A stretch of DNA of 14,942 bases from Azolla caroliniana. Its lineage: Eukaryota > Plantae > Polypodiophyta. Where the stretch lies: NCBI GenBank assembly GCA_043228905.1, contig JBHGNT010000827.1, positions 1-14,942 on the forward strand, written 5' to 3'. The notes beneath the pieces are model-generated. The model was not told where the DNA came from and ran no database searches. It was given only the letters and a program-made list of their open reading frames with translations. Position numbers and translations under genes: made by a program. Shown here one piece after another: positions 10,543 to 14,942 of this stretch (position 1 is the first letter of the stretch; every line of letters starts with the position of its first letter).

Positions 10543-10552
10543 GTGGTCGCCA
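10543..10552 (-). promoter_or_regulatory. Primer-binding site, tRNA-Arg(UCG)-like
   Basis: Minus strand reads ...CCTATAACA CCTTT TGGCGACCAC, i.e. LTR end, 5-nt spacer, PBS. Confidence 0.7.
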
Positions 10553-10557
10553 AAAGG

Positions 10558-10810
10558 TGTTATAGGTTTTAGGGTTAGGGTTAACATTTATGATAATCAT
10601 GACGATTCATGATAAAGATAGACATGGTGGGTGTGATGACGATGGAGAATATGATGGTGAGAGAGATCATGACGATGTTGACAAGGCATTGAGAAGCATT
10701 GTGGGGTGGGGGGTGGTGCCTAGAATGACTCCACCCCCCTCCCAAGGGGGTTCAACGTTGAGGGGAGAGAGAGGAAGAGAGATGACAAAGAGAGAGGGAG
10801 AGAGAGAGAT
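10558..10810 (-). mobile_element. Truncated LTR (U5 end) inside D
   Basis: Boundary TGTTATAGG next to the PBS; telobox-like CCCTAACCCTAAA and a CT-rich tract on the minus strand; fused to the coiled-coil ORF at a GAGATGACAA repeat. Confidence 0.6.
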
Positions 10811-11758
10811 GACAAGCAGTTGGAGACGGAGCATAAGCAACAACAGGAACGGATGGCCGAGCTCCAGCAAGAAGTTGATAGGGCCACAACAGCACTCGCC
10901 GAAGAATGAGTGGAAAGTTCTAGGCTATTGGAGGAAGCGGCGAGTGACCGGATGGAGCTCCACAAACAGAACCATGAAGACAAGGAAAGAGTGACAATGG
11001 TATTACAGAGGTTGTAAACAACCTATCAAAATCAATTGTCGCATTATAGGGAGCAGGAGGCGGACACGGTTCGGATCATCAAGCAATTGAAGGAAGAGCG
11101 ACAAGCCACAGAAAATAAATCACAGATGGGAGCCGAACGGATCCAGTGCATCCTCCGGTCATGGCTCACTAAGACCAAAAGCTTGATTGACGACAGCTCG
11201 GTGCGTTGGTGGGCGAAATGGGCGCAAAATACGGCGGAACTCCAATTGCTTAGGGCGGATGTGGAAAACCGGCGAAAGGAGGGCGACGATTGTTATACGC
11301 TGACCTCAGAGGACTTCACCGCCATAAGGGATGAGCTAGAGGAAGATTTCACAACCCTAGCGGATGAACAATTGGTGCAGGTCCGGCAGCTCGTAGCTCA
11401 ACTAGACGACGATCGGCTGGAGGCTCAAATCTAGTTCGAAAGCTATGAGCGGTCCCGGCTCCAGGAAGAAAAAGCACGAAAGGCGGCAACGGTCAACCTT
11501 AGTGATGAGGAATCGTCGTCGGTGCAAGGACCGGAGGGGGAACAGGCCGGGGTCAATCAGCCACAGACAACTCCGACGGAGGAACCAACGAAGGAAACGC
11601 CAGTGCCAAAGCGACAAACGGAGCCACAGCCACAAACGGAGCAGCAGCCACAACCACAAACGGAACAACAGCAGCAGCCACAACAGCAACAACAGATTCC
11701 CGATGAGCCATTGGAAATTTTGGAGCAAAGCATTCTGGACATTTTGGACGAAGCGTAA
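10808..11758 (+). pseudogene. 5'-truncated accessory ORF: coiled-coil protein with Q/P/T/E-rich tail
   Basis: One frame of 317 codons joins ORF-track pieces 11036-11434 and 11522-11758. It has three stops (10907 TGA, 11015 TAA, 11432 TAG), each one C>T from a sense codon, and no frameshift. Confidence 0.75.
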
Positions 11759-11771
11759 AAGGGTCGGATAA

Positions 11772-11810
11772 TGGGTTCGACGTACAAGGTACTGTCCCAC
11801 AGGCGTGCCA
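11772..11810 (-). promoter_or_regulatory. Bipartite tRNA-Arg(UCU)-like primer-binding site, inverted homologue of 8267-8305
   Basis: Minus strand TGGCACGCCTGTGGGAC-AGTACCTTGTACG-TCGAACCCA; 34/39 identical to the left site. Confidence 0.85.
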
Positions 11811-11812
11811 TG

Positions 11813-12269
11813 TGTTACCGGCCGACAAGAAGGCTTAAGGAGGTCCAAACCAGAGTGTGAAAGGAATAGTTATTCGGGAACTGTTGTAATTAGCAGTCTT
11901 AATATATATATTAATATATAAGATGTGGACGGACGGACCGGAATCGGTATGCCAATCCGGATCCGGAACGATCCCGTAAAGGTGCCGATTGGCACCGTTT
12001 TGTATTTCGCACCGGAGACCTATATAAAGGCCCAGTTACCATGTAATCAGGAGCGGATAATTAATAAAGCTTATTGTCTTAATCTTCCAGTGTTGATTAC
12101 CATTCTGTATTCATTGTTATATCTTATGCGTGTTAATTACGGATTGCTAAGTAACCAATTAAGGTCTAATTAAGCGTTGTGCCGTAAATCATTCTGTTGT
12201 ACCACCCTTTGGTAAAGTGTCTTAAGTGGACACCCTGTGTTAGGCTGTTGTCCGGCCCTAGCAATAACA
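11813..12269 (+). mobile_element. Complete 457-bp LTR forming the right end of D
   Basis: TGTTA...TAACA; TATATAAA at 12021-12028, then AATAAA at 12063-12068 and a T-rich tail on the + strand. Orientation is inferred from these signals. Confidence 0.85.
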
Positions 12270-12274
12270 AAAGT

Positions 12275-13038
12275 TTCTACAAGTTAAGAAACAAACGCCC
12301 TACACCCTCCTCATTGAGACGGTATCGCTTCCCATTGAGATCATGGCCATGGAAAGGGTTGTTGAATACATGCTCAAGGTTTAGAAAAGTCCCTCACATC
12401 GACTTCCTAGAATTGTGTGGGAAGCAAGCAAAAATATCCAAAAGACACATAAAAGCAAAATTTTGTGTTCCGGTTGGATGCAAGATATAGAAAAATGGTT
12501 TGCTAGATGGGATGCGAGACACTTGCTTCATGATGCATCATTAGATTCCTTTGTAAATAAGGCCTTTTTGCAATGCCAATGTATCATGACATGGGACAAA
12601 TGTGGAGGCTCACGCTTCAGACATTATACTACACATGTTGCACCTAAATAGAGCCCATACCATTATCTACCATTCGAACAATTGCTTCCATGCGACTTAG
12701 CTCACATGCATTGCGATGTGAGACAGGGCGTTGGGGCACAAGTGATGAGAGTGGTCGGCTATGCACACTTTGCCCTAAACAAGTTCGCGAGTCTGAGTAT
12801 CACACTTTGATACAATGCTCTGCCTTTGATCATATTTGACCATGCTTTCCACATCTCTTTGATCGAGCCCAATCCTTGCATGAATTCCTCTCACAACCAC
12901 AATCTACACTCTCGATTGCAACATTCATTGGTAAAGTTCTTGAACATCGAGAGTCACTACTCACTTTCACACGTATCACGTGAAATGTAATATTTTGGTC
13001 TCATAGGTCATATTTGACCTCCGAAGACAATAATATAA
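12275..13038 (+). pseudogene. LINE ORF part 2 (C-terminal CCHC-type domain), stop at 12981-12983, short 3' UTR and AAT-type tail
   Basis: IETVSLPIEIMA; RLPRI; IASMRLSSHALRCETGRWG...RLCTLC...ESEYHTLIQC (RTE/RTEX-type C-terminus); ends AATAATATAA. Confidence 0.85.
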
Positions 13039-13044
13039 TCTCTC

Positions 13045-13095
<51 letters not shown>

Positions 13096-13130
13096 ATTCT
13101 TCCGTTGCACAAAATCATCAATTCTTTACA
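13039..13130 (+). mobile_element. 3' LTR of copia A-family element, final part
   Basis: (TC)n(AC)n...AATTCTTTACA matches the end of the 5' LTR (500-595). Confidence 0.9.
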
Positions 13131-13133
13131 AAT

Positions 13134-13703
13134 GTGGCCAAAGGGTATGCGTAGATGCATGGCATCGACTACGATGAAACCTTCGTGCCAGTCGAGAAGA
13201 TGACGACCGTCCACATGGTGTTGGTGATAACAACAGCGAGGGGATGCATCTCCATCAAATGGACGTGAAAAACGTGTTTCTTCAAGGAAACCTTGAAGAA
13301 CGTGTTATATATGGTCCAACCTCGCAGCTTTCTGTCCGAACTGAACAAGTCGGTAGTATGCCAGCTAAAGAAGTTGATTTACAACCTCAAGCAAACCCCA
13401 CATGCGTGGAACTCCAAAAGCGTAAGATGGAGTTTGAGGTCTCAAAATCCGACTCATCATTGTTCATCTGGAAAGGTCAATAGGGCCTGGTCTACATACT
13501 GTTGTCCATGGATGACTTGTTCATCACCGGAACTGACCTTGCTGAAATCGGCCGTGTCAAATCCCACTATTGGCCGCATTCGAAATGAAGGGCTGAGGGG
13601 ACCTTCATTACTTCCTTGTGATCGAAGTGATCCACACCCCGGACGGCATATTGCTCATTCAACGCCATTATGTCTTGAATATGTTGTACAAGTTCGGAAT
13701 GAC
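13134..13703 (+). pseudogene. pol: Older copia (C) reverse transcriptase fragment, host of element A
   Basis: VAKGYA*MHGIDYDETF; LHQMDVKNVFLQGNL; SKSDSSLFI; SMDDLFITG; LHYFL; LYKFGMT. Confidence 0.9.
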
Positions 13704-13920
13704 TCGTCGACCTTTGCTATTTGTTGACTTTGCCCCACTCATCGACCTTTTTCACTCGTGAACCTTTCCCATTCTTCAATCTTTCCCACTCGTCAACCTT
13801 TGGGCTCCTTGACATTTACTAATCGACCGTTACTCTTCGATTCTTCTCGCTCATCAAGCTTTCACCCTCGTCGACCTTTGGACTTGTTGACCTTTATTCG
13901 TCGAGTAATGCTTCTCAACA
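13701..13920 (-). mobile_element. Probable LTR outer-end fragment made of degenerate CTCGTCGACCTTT repeats
   Basis: Minus strand begins TGTTGAGAA, like A's LTR start at 7451; about a dozen decayed short units. Confidence 0.55.
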
Positions 13921-14720
13921 GGAGTAACAGAGGCCCAACGTTGTTTGACACAAACAATGGTTGGTACAAGCATGAAATGGAGATTAACGCGTAATTAGGA
14001 CTAACGAAGCCTTATTAGGAATAAACGTTAAGATTATACCATGAACCTTCTAGATAGATTAGGGCCAATGAGGAACAACAAGGGATTACAATAGTGGTAA
14101 CTGTGAGTTAACTACCACCCTAATCAAGAACAAAAGAGAACCATGAGCTTAGCAAGAAGCGATGAATGGAGGAAATAGTGTATGCCCTTGCAACACGCCA
14201 AGGGCTCTACCCGAACACCAAAGACCACAACTGAACAACAGCACACGAACGTCGAACTACCAACGACCAAACAACAAGAACTACGAACATTGGACACAAA
14301 CCACGAAGTAACGAAGAAAAAAAAGGAGTCGAACAACAAACACAAGCGCAAAACACTGACCACGTGAACACACGAGCACCGAACATCGAACACACAACCA
14401 CTGAACAAAGACCAAACGAACAAGAAGCACACAAACATGAGCACCACACATTGAAAACAAAACAATGAGTGTCGACCACCAAATGCCGAGCACGCAAACA
14501 TATGATTAGTGGTAACCAGATAATTAACACACTAATATTCAGAGGATTAAGGAGTAATTAGATAGAAATAAAAAACATAATGTTAAAATGAACAAAAATA
14601 TATATATTTAGTTTAATTAATTAAAAAACAAAATGCTTCTTTTCCTATCTCTTCCTAACTAAGTGGTTTGCCGCACGAGCTTATGCAAAGCTTGTCACTA
14701 GCTTCAAGCATTGGTCGTAC

Positions 14721-14737
14721 CCCCGGCAACAACACCA
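14721..14737 (-). promoter_or_regulatory. Primer-binding site, tRNA-Asp (Athila-type), C>T decayed
   Basis: Minus strand TGGTGTTGTTGCCGGGG vs canonical TGGCGCCGTTGCCGGGG; 2 nt from a TG/CA boundary. Confidence 0.75.
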
Positions 14738-14739
14738 TG

Positions 14740-14942
14740 TGTCACACTGAAGCACTTTTATCAATCGATGGAGTTCTTCCTTTTGTTGATGTCGTTTGCT
14801 TGGGGATCGGACCAACGTATACCCTATTGGTAGTGAATCGGGCAGAGGTAGTTGTCCAATACTTCCAAGCTACTAACTCACTTAGTATTACTAACTTAGT
14901 ATTATGCAATAAATATAATTTAGTTTCTCTGTCATACTCTCT
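14740..14942 (-). mobile_element. LTR of a Gypsy-like element, running out of the window
   Basis: Boundary TGTCACAC adjacent to the tRNA-Asp PBS; 13921-14720 is the non-coding internal sequence next to it. Confidence 0.6.

Larger units (their letters stand above)
7996..12269. mobile_element. Element D: composite non-autonomous LTR-type (Gypsy/Tat-like) insertion, 4274 bp
   Basis: TGTTA...TAACA ends; TSD AAAGT at 7991-7995 and 12270-12274; removing it restores the LINE frame HFLTK|FLQVKKQTPY. Confidence 0.92.

Noticed and set aside
8715-10543. Many overlapping 100-214 aa ORFs on both strands, including hydrophobic F/L/S-rich ones that look like membrane or env proteins
   Set aside because: They arise from CT-rich, stop-poor low-complexity sequence. 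All frames are open and no motifs are present.
10567-10583. TTTAGGGTTAGGG as an interstitial telomere or healing site
   Set aside because: Only two units, lying in an LTR end; telobox-like motifs are common there.
11772-11810. tRNA gene or tRNA-derived SINE
   Set aside because: Only the T-arm and acceptor 3' end with encoded CCA are present. There is no D-arm, A box or anticodon arm.
11956-11996. Short palindromes in the right LTR (TCCGGATCCGGA; GGTGCC-GATT-GGCACC)
   Set aside because: Too short to interpret without family conservation data; plausibly ordinary U3 motifs.
7996-12269. DIRS-type or DNA (TIR/foldback) transposon
   Set aside because: TG...CA ends, a 5-bp TSD and tRNA sites indicate an LTR integrase. 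No tyrosine recombinase or transposase is seen, and the outer ends share only a 5-bp inverted repeat.
13701-13910. CRISPR-like repeat-spacer array
   Set aside because: The units are degenerate and nearly contiguous with no unique spacers, in a eukaryotic transposon context.
14124-14530. C/V/F-rich minus-strand ORFs and a T/K/N-rich plus-strand ORF
   Set aside because: Products of an A/C-skewed GAACAC-type low-complexity internal region.

Overview
Eukaryotic, land-plant-type repeat DNA (tRNA-iMet, Arg and Asp primer sites; heavy C>T decay). No host gene is supported and every coding stretch is a transposon pseudogene. The window is a nest of retroelements. (A) A Ty1/copia element: 5' LTR 1-595, gag-PR 752-1842, INT-RT-RH 4700-7310, and a 3' LTR split into 7451-7776 and 13039-13130. 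(B) A second copia inserted into A's protease at 1843 and cut at ~4698 by a deletion carrying a 30-bp templated filler. (L) A 5'-truncated RTE/RTEX-like LINE inserted in the (TC)n tract of A's 3' LTR. (D) A 4274-bp TGTTA...TAACA insertion (7996-12269, TSD AAAGT) that splits the LINE ORF. (C) An older copia RT fragment at 13134-13703, and the end of a tRNA-Asp-primed Gypsy-like element at the right edge. Element D is the unusual object. Its two ends are not direct repeats, and the left end is a 266-bp near-perfect palindrome. No polypurine tract lies next to any of its LTR boundaries. Inverted, bipartite tRNA-Arg-complementary sites with a covarying mini-hairpin sit where a PPT is expected, which suggests (inference) LTR elements whose second strand is also tRNA-primed.
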